Positions 52,386 through 64,000 of a stretch of 64,000 nt of DNA are shown one piece after another. The stretch covers positions 2,356,001-2,420,000 of the forward strand of contig NC_086108.1 in assembly GCF_963921235.1 (NCBI RefSeq), given 5' to 3'. Origin of the DNA: Mobula hypostoma. Taxonomy: Eukaryota. A program made the translations under genes and the position numbers. How positions within the stretch are numbered: the stretch's first letter is position 1; each line of letters opens with the position of its first letter. Under the pieces are notes generated by a model. That model was given only the letters and a program-made list of their open reading frames with translations, was not told the DNA's origin and did no database searches.

Positions 52386-54204
52386 ACATGCCGCCTTCTC
52401 ATTGCTACCATCAGGGAGGAGATACAGGAGCCTGAAGACACACATTCAACAATTCAGGAACAGCTTCTTCCCCTCTGCCATCAGATTTCTGAATTGACAT
52501 TGAACCTATGGACATTGTGTATATATATGTGTGTGTGTATATATGTATAGAAATATAACATACACCAGTAAGTATATAAAAATATACTTTAATCTAGTTC
52601 TTAGTATGTATTGCAATGTACAGGCTGTTGCATAAACACAAATTTCACAAAATGCCGGTGATATTAAACCTGATTCTGACTTACTCCAATTCTGTTAATT
52701 CCCAAGATTTATTGTAGGCCATGTTTTTAACAATCGTCTATCTCCAATACTTCCACATCCCTCTGCTCCTGCATCATTTAGTACAGTATCCCCTCTGTCC
52801 TTCCATACCTTATCAGATGACACTCAAATAGACATGATTGCAGATAGTGAAAAAAGTAATTAAAAAAAACTACAAGGGGATTTTGATCAGCTAGGTAAGG
52901 GGACCAAGGAATGACCTATATTAATCAATGCCTCTATTATTCTACTGAGCATAATGCATCAGTTCACATAAACACAAGAGATTCTACAGGTGCTGGAAAT
53001 CCGGAGCAACACACACAAAATGCTGGAGGAACTCAGCAGGTCAGGCAGCGTCCATGGAAATGAATGAACAGTTGCTTTTTTGGGCTGAGACCCTTCATCA
53101 GGACCAAAACCACTTCTCATATCTTCACAATGAATTTCATTTGCCCCTTCCTTGGAACTGGAATTGATTTATTATTGCTGCATGCAGTGAGGTGCAGTGA
53201 AACTTTTGCCTTAAAATGATTACCCAAAACATTGAGTATTACAGGATAAAACATCGAGGATATCTTCATGCTGCTTTAAAAAGGCAGCACCTATCATAAG
53301 ACCATAAGGTAGAGGAGCAGAATTAGGCCATTTGGCCCATCGAGTCTGTTCCACCATTTCATCATGACTGATCCATTTTCCCTCTCAGCCTCAAACTCCT
53401 TCCTCCTCCCTGTATCCCTTTATGCCCTGACTAATCAAGAATCTATCAACCTCTGCCTTAAATATGCCCAATGACTTGGCCTCCAAAGCCGCCTGTGGCA
53501 ATTAATTCCACAGATTCATCCCTCTCTTGCTAAAGAAATTCCTCCTCTGTTCTAAAAGGACGCCCCTCTATTCTGAGGCTGTGTCCTGTTGTCTTAGACT
53601 CTCCCACCATAGGAAACATCCTCTCCGCATCCACTCTACTGAGGCCTTTCAATTTTTGATAGATTTCAAAAAGGTCATTCCTCATTCTTCTGAATTTCAG
53701 CAAGTACAGGCCCAGAGCCATCAAACACTCCTCATATTCGATCTTAGAATCATTTTTGTTAACTTCCATTTTCAATGTCAACATTCATAACATACTGCCT
53801 TTTCATTGCTACCATCAAGTAAGAGGTACAGGAGCCTGAAGGCACACATTCAACATTTTGGAAAGGTTTCTTCCCCTCTACCATCAGATGCTGTTCATTT
53901 ATTTATAGATACGGCACAGTAACAGGACTCACCAACGCAGTACTGTTCCCAATTACACCCATGTGTCCAATTAAACTAATCCCCCCCCGCCTCTAGTCCC
54001 CACTCTGACCTTCTACCTCTTCTCACCTGCCTATCATTTTCCCTGGGTCCCCTCTCCTTTCCTATCAGATTCCTTCCTCTGCAGCCCTTGACCTTCAGCT
54101 AGCCTCCTTCCCCTCCGGCCCCCCATTTATTCTGGTATCATCCCTCTTCTTTCTCAGTCCTGATGAAGAATCTTGTCCTGAAATGTCGACTGTTTGTTTA
54201 TTTC

Positions 54205-57200
54205 ATAAGATATACAAGATATTGGAGCAGAAGTAGGCCATTCGGCCCATTGAGTCTGTCCTGCCATTCAATCATGGGCTGATCTAATTCTTCCAGTCAT
54301 CCCCACTCCCCTGCCTTCACCTCGTACCCTTTGATGCCCTGGCTAATCAAGAACTTATCTATCTCTGCCTTACATACACCCAATGACTTGGCCTCCACAG
54401 CCACTCATGAATGGATGTCCTTTAATCCTGAAGTCGTGCTCTCTTGTCCTAGAATCGCCTACCATGGGAAATAACTTTGCCATATCTAATCTGTTCAGTC
54501 CTTTAACATTTGGAATGTCTCTATGAGATCCCCCCTCATTCTCCTGAACTCCAGGGAATACAGCCCAAGAGCTGCCAGACATTCCTCATACGGTAACCCT
54601 CTCATTCCTGGAATCATTCTGTGAACCCTCTCCAATGTCAGTATATCCTTTCTAAAATAAGGAGCCCAAAACTGCACACAATACTCCAAGTGTGGTCTCA
54701 TGAGTGCCTTATAAATCTTCAACATCACATCCCTGCTCTTATATTCTGTACCTCTAGAAATGAATGCCAACATTGCATTCGCCTTCTTCACAACTGACTC
54801 AACCTGGAGGTTAACCTTTAGGGTATCCTGCACAAGGACTCCCAAGTCTCTTCGCATCTCTGTATTTTGAATTCTCTCCCAATCCAAATAATAGTCTGCC
54901 TGTTTATTTCTTCCACCAAAGTGCATAACCATACACTTTCCAACATTGTATTTCATTTGCCACTTCTTTGCCCATTCCCCTAAACTATCTAAGTCTCTCT
55001 GGAGGCTCTGTTTCTTCAACACTACACACTCTTCCACCTATCTTTGTATCTTCGGCAAATTTAGCCACAAATCCATTAATACCGTAGTCTAAATCATTGA
55101 CATACATCATAAAAAGCAGCGGTCCCAACACCGACCCCTGTGGAACTCCACTGGTAACTGGCAGCCAGCCAGAATAGGATCCTCTTATTTCCACTGTTTT
55201 CTGCCGACCAGCCAATGCTCCACGCATGCGAGTAACTCCCCTGTAATTCCAAGGACTAAGCAGACTCATCTGTGGCACTTTGTCAAAGGCCTTCTGAAAA
55301 TCCAAGTACACCATGTCTACTGCATCTCCTTTGTCTACCCTGCTTGTAATTGACTCAAAGAATTGCAGTAGGTTAGTCAGGCAGGATTTTTCTTTCAGGA
55401 AACCATGCTGGTTTTGGCTAATCTTGTCATGTGCCTCCAGGTACTCCGTAATCTTATCTCTAACGATCGATTCTAACAACTTCCCAACCACTGATGTCAG
55501 GCTATAGTTTCCTAAACACAAAGTACTCTGCAGATGCTGGGGTCAAAGCAACACTCACAACACGCTGGAGGAACTCAGCAGGTCGGGCAGCATCCGTGGA
55601 AAAGATCGGTCGACGTTTTGGGCCGGAACCCTTTGTCAGGACTGTAGAGGGAAGGGGCAGAGGCCCTATAAAGAAGATGGGGGGAGAGTGGGAAGGAGAA
55701 GGCTGGTAGGTTCCAGGTGAAAAACCAGTAAGGGGGAAGATAAAGGGGTGGGGGAGGGGAAGCAGGGAGGGGATAGGCAGGAAAAGTGAAGGAGGAATGG
55801 GGGAAAGATCAATGGGTAGTAGAAGCGGAACCATAGTTTTCTTTCTGCTGCCTCTCACCTCTTAAATAGTGCAGTAACATTTGCAATTTTCCAGTCTTCC
55901 AGTACAGTGCCAGAATCTATCGATTCTTGAAAGATCATCATTAATGCCTCCGCAATCTCCCCAGCTACTTCCTTCAGAACCCGAGGGTGCATTCCATCAG
56001 GTCCAGGAGATTTATCCACCCTCAGACCGTTAAGCTTCCTGAGCACCTTCTCAGTCATAATTTTCACTGCAAAAACTTCACTTCTCTGACACTCTTGAAT
56101 GTCTGGTATTCTGCAAACATCTTCCACTGTGAAGACCGATTGTAAAATATGCATTCAGTTCCTTTGCCATCTTTGCATCTCTCATTACAATATCTCCAGC
56201 ATCATTTTCTATTGATCCTATATCTATCCTCGTTCCTCTTTTACCCTTTATATACTTAAAAAAGGTTTTAGTATATTAGTCGCTAGCTTCCTTTCATAAT
56301 TCAGCTTTTCCTTCCTAATGACCTTCTTAGTTTCCTTCCGCAAGTTTTTAAAAGCTTCTTGATCCTCTACTTTCCCACTAGCTCTGGCTTCCTTGTATGT
56401 CCTTTCTTTTGCTTTTACTTTGGCTCTGACTTCACTTGTCAGTCATGGCAGTGTCCTTCATCCCTTTGAAAATTTCTTCTTATTTGGAATGTATCTGTCT
56501 TGCACTTCCCTCATTTTTCATAGAAACTCCAGCCATTGCTGCTCTGCTGTCCTTCCTGCAAATGTCCCTTTCCAGTCAACTTCGGCCAGTTCCCCTGTCA
56601 TGCCATTGTAATTTCCTTTATTCCACTGAAATACCAACACACTGGATTTTATTTTTTCCCTCTCAAATTTCAATATGAATTCAATCATATTGTGATCACT
56701 GTTCCCTAAGGGTTCCTTAACCTTAAGCTCTCCTATCACCTCTGGATCATTGCACAACACCCAATCCAGCACAGCTGATCCCGTAGTGGGCTCAACAACA
56801 AACTGTTCTAAAAAGCCATTCCTTAGACATTCTACAAATTCTCTCTCTTGAGGTTCAGTACTGGCCTGGTTTTCCCAATCCACTTTCATGTTAAAATCCC
56901 CAAAGATTATCATGACCTTGCCCTTCTGTCACGCCTTTTCTATCTCCTGCTGTAATTTGTAATCCACATCCCGGCTGCTGTTTGGAGGCCTGTATACAAC
57001 TGCCATTAGGGTCCTTTTACCCTTGTCATTTCTTAACTCACCCCACAGAGACCTTACACCTTCTAATCCAATGTCATCTCTTTCTAACGATTTAATATTA
57101 TTTCTTTTACACAGAGCCACACCACCCCCTCTGTCTACTAACCTATCTTTCCGATACACTGTATATCTTTGGATGTTCAGCTCCCAATGGCAGCCATCCT

Positions 57201-57720
57201 TTAGCCAAGTTTCAGAGATGGCCACAACATCATACTTGCCAATCTGTAGCTGGGTTTTAAGATTGTCCATGTGTCTATTGCCCTGTAACTCATGCCACTG
57301 GCTGTGATTAAGCCTCATCCCCTGCCTGTTCTTTCTATAATCTCTGTTGCATGCTATCTTTGATTAATTTCTGTTTTCCCCTTCCTCAGCCCTATCATTC
57401 CGGTTCCCATCCCCCTGCCAAATTAGTTTAAACCCTCTCTAACAGCTCCATTAAGTGTGCCTGCTAGGATATTGGACCCCTTTGGGTTCAGGTGTAACCC
57501 GTCCTTTTTGTACAGGTCATACCTCCCCCAGAAGAGGCCCCAGTGAACCAGGATCTGAATGCTTGCCCTCTACACCAGTCTCTCAGCCACACATTATATG
57601 CCTGATCATGCGATTCTTGCACTCGTTAGCATGTGGCACAGGCAGCTATCCTGAGATTACTACCCTAATGATCCTGCTTTTTAGCTTCCTACCTAACTCC
57701 CTGAATTCTCTCTTCCATGG
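54205..57720 (-). mobile_element. CR1 LINE (ORF1 3' part plus ORF2), same subfamily as 26755-30742
   Basis: VAISETWL, GDFN, SDH, LDFQKAFD and KFAED motifs. Colinear with the 26755 copy. Confidence 0.92.
55514..55832 (-). mobile_element. PLE terminal-repeat insertion in CR1 ORF2
   Basis: Reverse complement of 52075-52385. Approximate TSD atagtttcct / atagttttct. The 27843-27880 copy shows the empty site. Confidence 0.85.
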
Positions 57721-57987
57721 GTGCTACCTGTCCTGCTGAGTTCCTCCGGCATTTTGTGTGTGTGGCTTTGGATTTCCAGCATTTGCAGACTTTTCTCATG
57801 TTTATAACCTTCTACCTGTATGCCTTTGGGTGGTGGTAGGTAATTGGAGAGCCTGGTGAAACCCATGTGGTAACGGGAAGAATGTACAAACTCCTTCCAG
57901 ACTGCAGTGGGAATTGAACCTGGGTCACTGGCTCTTCAGTCACTATGCTATGGCGCTGCCCTATTTGAATGGCCCATGAACCTATAG

Positions 57988-58706
57988 TGAGGCGACACTT
58001 CACCTGTGAGTCGGCTGGGGTGATATACTGTGTCCGGTGCTCCCGATGTGGCCTTCTATGTATTGGTGAGACCCGACGCAGACTGGGAGATCGTTTTGCT
58101 GAACACCTATGCTCTGTCTGCCAGAGAAAGCAGGATCTCCCAGTGGCCACACATTTTAATTCCACGTCCCATTCCCATTTTGACATGTCTATCCACGGCC
58201 TCCTCTACTGTAAAGATGAAGCCACACTCAGGTTGGAGGAACAACACCTTATATTCCATCTGGGTAGCCTCCAACCTGATGGCATGAACATCAACTTCTC
58301 TAACTTCCGCTAATGCCCCACCACCCCCTCGTACCCCATCTGTTACTTATTTTTATACACACATTCTTTCTCTCACTCTCCTTTTTCTCCCTCTGTCCCT
58401 CTGACTATACCTCTTGCCCATCCTCTGGGTCACCCCCCCTCCTTTCCTTCTCCCCGGACCTCCTGTCCCATGATCCTCTCATATCCCCTTTTGCCAATCA
58501 CCTGTCCAGCTCTTGGCTCCATCCTTCCCCCTCCTGTCTTCTCCTATCATTTTGGATCCCCCCCTCCCCCTCCCACTTTCAAATTTCTTACTAGCTCTTC
58601 CTTCAGTTAGTCCTGACGAAGGGTCTCGGCCTGAAACGTCGACTGTACCTCTTGCTAGAGATGCTGCCTGGCCTGCTGCGTTCACCAGCAACTTTGATGT
58701 GTGTTG
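57988..58706 (+). mobile_element. Penelope-like element 3' part: GIY-YIG endonuclease plus terminal repeat
   Basis: FTCESAGVIYCVRCSRCGLLCIGETRRRLGDRFAEH...LEEQHLIF...GMN. TSD ctatag at 57982-57987 and 58707-58712. Confidence 0.9.
58609..58644 (+). ncRNA. Minimal type I hammerhead ribozyme motif, intact core
   Basis: AGUC-CUGACGA-AGGGUCUCGGCCU-GAAAC-GUC-GACU, on the same strand as and downstream of the GIY-YIG ORF. Confidence 0.82.
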
Positions 58707-59054
58707 CTATAGATGACACCTCTCGTTTTGCACTTTGTATTATTAAATATATTCTGATCAGAATAGAATAGAACTTTATTGTCATTGCTCAAGAGAGTGA
58801 GATTGTGGTGCTACTCCATTCCATGCAAAACAGATAACTTACAATGCACGGACAATTCCTATACTCACTTGCAACAAGTGACTTTGATAGACCGTAACAC
58901 TCAAAGGCCATTGGCAAGCCGGGGTGTAGCAATATTCAGCTGCACAACAGCCCTGGGGAAGAAGCTGTATTTCAGCCTTGCTGTCTTGGCTAAGATGTTT
59001 CTGTGTCTCCTACCAGATGGCAGGAGATTGAACAGACAGCGTCTGAGATGGGAT

Positions 59055-59730
59055 CCGTCCACCACGAAAAGCAGGATCTCTCGATAGCCACCCATTTCAA
59101 TTCCATTTCCCATTCCTATTCCGACGTGTCAGTCCATGGCTTCCTCTACTGCCACGATGAAGCCACACAGGTTCAAGGGGCAACCCCTTACATTCCGCCT
59201 GGGTAGCCTCTAACCTGATGGCATAAACAGTGACTTTTTCGATCTACAAGTAACTGTCCCAACCCCCTCCACCATCACCCCCCAGAGCCCCATCCACCAC
59301 CCACCCCACCCCTCAGTACTACCCCCCGCTCCCCCAACAAACCCCCTCCACCACCCTCCCCACCCCCACCTCCTACTCCCACCATTCACCCCCCCACCCT
59401 CCACTCCTACCCCTCACCCCCCCACTCCCTCCACCCCTCCACTCACACACCCCTCACCATTCCCGTTTTCCTCTTTCACCTCACCTGCCTCTCACTGGTG
59501 CTTCTCCCTCCCTCCCTTCCTTCCATGGGCTGCTTTCCTCTCCTGTCAGATTTCCCCTTTATCTCTTTCACCAATTGACTTCCCAACGCTGTCACCTACC
59601 AGCTTGCACTCCTTCTTCTCGCCTGATTTCCTCCCCAGTGCTGCCGAAGGGTCTCGGCCTGGAACGTCGATGCCGCCGGACCTACTGAGTTTGTGTGTGT
59701 CTGTGTTGCTTTGGATTTCCAGCATCCATC
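59055..59730 (+). mobile_element. Older PLE 3' fragment with expanded C-rich tract (59255-59460) and decayed hammerhead
   Basis: DLSIATHFNSISHS remnant and ctgccgaagggtctcggcctggaacgtcga. Confidence 0.75.
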
Positions 59731-59904
59731 GTGTTTGCTAAAATATGTCTACCTTCTGGGAATAGCCAGCACTACAACTACTTACCACGCCTTTCTGAGC
59801 TTCCTGCTTTAAATTCGTGAATTTAAATGGTCACAGCAGAATATTTAATCGTGAGGGACCCTTCAGAAAGTTTCTCCCTCCAGCCTGGGATAATGTGGCT
59901 TTAA

Positions 59905-60560
59905 GGGAGTGGGATCCGCCCCCTTTCGCTCATCTGATTGGTGGCGCGGAACGTCCATCAAGGCGTGGGGGGAGGCCGGCTTCCGGTGTCGTCGCGTCGC
60001 GTCGCCGTGTACAGAGCGAGAGCGAGCGCGCGCGCGCGAGAGCGAGCGGCTGAGGGCGATTAAAAGAAGAAAAAAAAGATTTAAAAGGAAAAGCCATCGG
60101 TTTTTTTCTTTCTCCTCATGTGGAGTTAGTCTGCGGCGGTCACCGAGTCGGTTGATTGTTGGTGGAAATTGAGCGCGGAGATAAACACTTCAGGTAAAAC
60201 AGTGAGGCCTAATAATGGATGTGGAGAAATTAATTTGTTTTTTTAAAATCCCCGCAGCAGGCGCGACTTTCACCTTTCTCTAAGCAGGTAATCAACGCTC
60301 TTTCTCTCTGTGTGCCTGGACATGTAGGGTGTCTTATTTTACGAATTTATATATAAATTTAGGTTTGCCGGTGGAAAGTTGTGAATCAGGAGCGCAATTG
60401 GAGTGGGAGCCACACCGGACCGGAAGTGGCGGTGTTGTGATTGAATGACGGTCGTGTTTGCCAATCAGAGGGCAACCTGATTATTGGGTGACCAATCGGC
60501 GAGCGGCTGAGTAGGCACATTGTTTGATTGACAGTCCTGTCGAGCCCTGGTATGTGTTTG
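59905..60560. promoter_or_regulatory. CpG-island promoter region of an unidentified gene
   Basis: Dense CpG. GC box 59916, ATTGG 59937, ETS cttccgg 59980, CCGGAAGT 60420, CCAAT/ATTGG at 60397, 60461, 60483 and 60492, TGATTGACAG 60525. Confidence 0.8.
59990..60193 (+). other. Probable non-coding first exon (start approximate)
   Basis: Follows the GC box/CCAAT/ETS module and ends at donor CAG|GTAAAA (60193/60194). Confidence 0.5.
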
Positions 60561-61109
60561 TGTGTAAACATTCAAGTCACTAACAAGACTGAAGGTTATT
60601 ATACAGCTGTGCTTTAATTTAGTCCGCAGGGTTGTTTTGCATCCGCTTGTGGTATCGTGAAATGAGGCGGCTGAGAGGTTAATCCTTGTTATTTAAATTG
60701 CAGTACTTAAAACTTTTGAGCAACTTTTAGCTGGAGTGTCGGTATCCAGAGGAGACAGGAGCCAAAATTTCGGCAGTAATGTCAATGGTGATAAATTATC
60801 AGCTTTATGTAAGCCAGGAGGTTTTATCATTGTCACAAAGGGGTGGAAAGAGTAATGAGATTTTATTTTTACAAAATCACAGCAACAAGCTTTCAGTTGC
60901 ATTGTGGTGATGCAGTCTTAAGGTTTGTACTTCCTATCTAGTCCGTGTAAGGATGTCAAATGGCTTTTTTGTCTGAGCTGGAAAGATTTGGAATTTTTTT
61001 TTAGCTGCAAAGTTTGAATGAGACAAAGGAGGGTAAGCCTTTTAAAATGAAGGGAAGGCTTTCTTCTTTCCGTATGTCATTTAAAAAACAATCCTTTGCT
61101 TCGCAAGCG

Positions 61110-61326
61110 ATTCTGCAGATGCTGGAAATCTTGAGCAGCACAAACAAAATGCTGGAGGAACTCAACAGCTCAGGCAGCCTCTATGGAAAGGAATAAAAAG
61201 GTCAAGACCCTTTAAGACTCGTGCGAATCTGGTGAAGGGGCTTGGCCTGAAATATGGACTCTTCAATCCCCTCCATAGATGCTGCCTAACCAGCTGAGTT
61301 CCTCCATCCTTCTGTGAGTTGCTCAA
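61110..61326. mobile_element. Inverted pair of PLE terminal-repeat remnants
   Basis: ggaggaactcaacagctcaggcagcctctatgga is followed by tccatagatgctgcctaaccagctgagttcctcc, its approximate reverse complement. Confidence 0.72.
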
Positions 61327-61899
61327 TACTTAGTCTCACTTTTCCCAGTTCTGATGCAAGGTTTATGACCTGGAACTAACTCCTTGCCTTCCGGAGAAAT
61401 TCCAACATCTGCTTTTACTTTGCATTTCTGAAAACAAGTAGTCATAAGGTGTTTTATGGACCAGGTATTAGAGACATTTTGATGCTGGGCCGTATGGAGA
61501 TATTAGAAGAAGTACCCAGAGAATGTTGATTTGAAGATTAGAATAAAAAGCTGCAGCCTGCAGTCAATGAGCAATGCAGCGGTAAATTGAACTGAACATT
61601 CCCAGACTATTTCAATGCCTCTGTGGTTTGATGTTTTGTGCTTTTCACTCGTTTCTGCAGTTTGCATGATTTATTCTTTGTATTTTTGCATGTTGGGTGT
61701 TTGAACCTCTTTGGGTTCTGTGGTGTTTTTGTTTCATAGCTCTCTATAGGAAGAAGAATCGCAGGGTTGGATAATGATAAAAAGTGTACTTTGAAATTTT
61801 GGTGGTAAAGATTATGTACCTATTAGGTTATTTGAAACTGAGCCAGGTTTGCTGATGCCCTTTAGAGAAGGATAGTTTGGCTGTCTACAGTCATACATT

Positions 61900-62635
61900 G
61901 TCAGAATCAGAATCGGGTTTAATATCACCAGCATGTGTCGTGACATTTGTTTTTGTGGCAGCAGTACAATCCAATACAGGATGATAGAGGAAAACTGAAT
62001 TGCAATAAATATATATAAAATAGTTAACTAAGCAGTGCAGATAAAAGTAGTAAGTTGGTGTTCATGGGTTCAAAGTCCCCATTCATAAATAGATGGCAGA
62101 GGAGAAGGAGCTGTTCCTGATTCGTTGAGTGTGTCTCGTCAGGCTTCTGTATGTCCTTCCTGGTGGTAACAATGAGAAAGGGGTATGTCCTAGGTGCTGG
62201 GAGTCCTTAATGATGGACGCTGCCTTTTTGAGGCATCACTCCTTGAAGATGTCCTGGATACTATCGAGACTAGGGCGCACGATGGAGTTGACTAAGTTTA
62301 CAACTTGTTGCAACTTATTTTGATCCCATGCAGTGCCACCCCCAGACCCCCAATACCTGACAATGATGCAGCCTGTCAGAATGCTCTCCACAGTACATCT
62401 GTAGAAATTTGCGAGTGCCTTTGGTGACATACCAATTCTCCTCAAACTCCTAATGAAATATAGCTGCTGTCATGCCTTCTTTGTAGCTGGGTCGATATGT
62501 AAGACCCAGGTTAGATCCTCAGAGATCCTGACATCCAGGAACTTGAAATTGCTCACTCTCCCCATTTCTGATCCCTCTATGAGGACTGGTGTGTGTTCCC
62601 TCTGGAATCCACAGTCACTTCTTTGGTCTCACTGA
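61900..62635 (-). mobile_element. Rex/Babar LINE 3' fragment
   Basis: GMSPKALANFYRCTVESILTGCI motif and (tctgat)n-type tail. Confidence 0.8.
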
Positions 62636-63683
62636 TATTATGATTGACTCTTGCTTAACTCTTCAGTCCTGGGACAGTTAGGATGAATGATCAGCTTCAG
62701 TGAGAATCTCCTCCACATTCAGGCCTGGAGGGTGTACTAAAACTGAGAGTGTAGGTTAAGTCAGAGATGAGAGATTTAGAAGGATCATTGGGGGGAAATT
62801 CTTCACGCACGTTTGAAAGAGCTGCCAGAGATGGTGTTCGAGCATGCGCGTTAGCAGTATTTAAAAGTATATAGGAGAGTTTAGAGGGCATTGGGCAAGT
62901 TGGACACAAGGGTCTGTCCATACTCTGTATCACTCCATGACAGTGCCATGGTCAGTAAGTGGAGCATACTGCTTTGTCTTCTTTCCTCCAATCAGATTGG
63001 CCTGTCTCTTTGCCGTTAGACACTTAAGCTCTAGGGTGTCTTGTGCAGTCTTTGTAGAATTCTGAGGTCATTCTGGATGGCGGGTGTTGGCATACTTGTG
63101 GCTACACATTCTTTCCTATGGACCAACCCCCTTTAATTTACCCCTGGAAGGCTGATCAGACACCCAAGCCAGCAGCAAGACTCTTTCAATTTAAAAATAC
63201 ATGCCACAGAATCTTGAAATACTCTGAAGGTCCCACTTTAAACTCTTGTTCTTTAACTTTTTTGCCTAAATGTGTTATGATTTTGCCTGTGTTGTCATGA
63301 ATTGGCTGAGCTGCCGTATTTTCCCTTCTCTTTTGCTCTGCATCTGCATGTTGGGATGGGTGAGAAAAACCAGTTATATATAAAAAAAAGATCTCGCCCA
63401 ATGCTGCCTGTGCTTCCAATGTGAACATTGTGAGCTTTGTGACATTGTAAAATCAAAATAGTGAAGGCCTGTCATGGAAAACAATTCTCCCTTTGCATTT
63501 TGCCATCCTACTATGTTTTAATCTTCTCCCCTTATCCTGCCCCCCCCCTCTCTCCCCAACTTAAAAACTGATGCAAAAGAATAGGCTAGAATGGGTAATT
63601 CAGCACCTGAAAACCTGTTCACCGAGGTCTCTGTCCTTGCTTGCTTTGTCCCCTGTCCTTTGATACTCTTGGTTTGAACTGTC

Positions 63684-63978
63684 AAAGTTCAAAGTAAATT
63701 TTGTTATCAAAGTACATGTATGTCAGCACATACAACCCTGGGATTCATTTTTGTGCGGGTGTACTCTCAATGATGGGAGAAGTGAATGTAGTTATCCCCC
63801 TTTCGTTCAAGAGCCTGATGGTTGAGGGGTAGTAACTGTTCTTGAACCTGGTGGTGTGAGTCCTGAGGCTCTTGTACCTTCTACCTGATGGCAGCAGTGA
63901 GAAAAGAGCATGGCCTGGGTGGTGGAGATCTCTGTTGGTGGATGCTGCTTTCCTACAACAGCATTTCATGTAGATGTG
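63684..63978 (-). mobile_element. Rex/Babar 3' fragment
   Basis: HPGHALFSLLPSGRRYKSLRTHTTRFKNSYYPSTIRLLN plus the common 3' tail. Confidence 0.8.
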
Positions 63979-64000
63979 ACATTACCTCTGGATCATTTTA

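Noticed and set aside
59817..60172. Arg-rich ORFs at the CpG island
   Set aside because: Their composition is explained by GC/GAGC repeats and A-tracts of a promoter or 5'UTR.

Overview
Repeat-dominated vertebrate genomic DNA with no recognisable host protein-coding exon. The repeat families (CR1/HER1-type LINEs, V-SINE/HE1-type SINEs, Rex/Babar LINEs, Penelope-like elements) suggest a cartilaginous fish; this is inference. Most of the window is decayed and often nested retroelements: CR1 (one near-full-length copy with an SGNH-esterase ORF1), Rex/Babar, a Tx1 fragment, RTE-related non-autonomous elements and two distinct Penelope-like (PLE) lineages. There are also Chapaev (CMC) and Tc1 DNA-transposon remnants. 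Highlights: (1) about ten PLE-borne minimal hammerhead-ribozyme motifs, two with intact cores; (2) a 6.15-kb CpG-rich, G-strand-biased minisatellite with higher-order duplication that appears to have expanded inside a dispersed repeat; (3) an 8 x 95-bp tandem array made from a LINE 3' end; (4) a tRNA-headed SINE with a 15-bp TSD and an L1-type insertion signature; (5) a CpG-island promoter near 60 kb with two ETS/NF-Y modules and a likely non-coding first exon; (6) several minus-strand exon candidates of unknown identity. Family names come from motif recognition, not database searches. Boundaries of decayed repeats are approximate.
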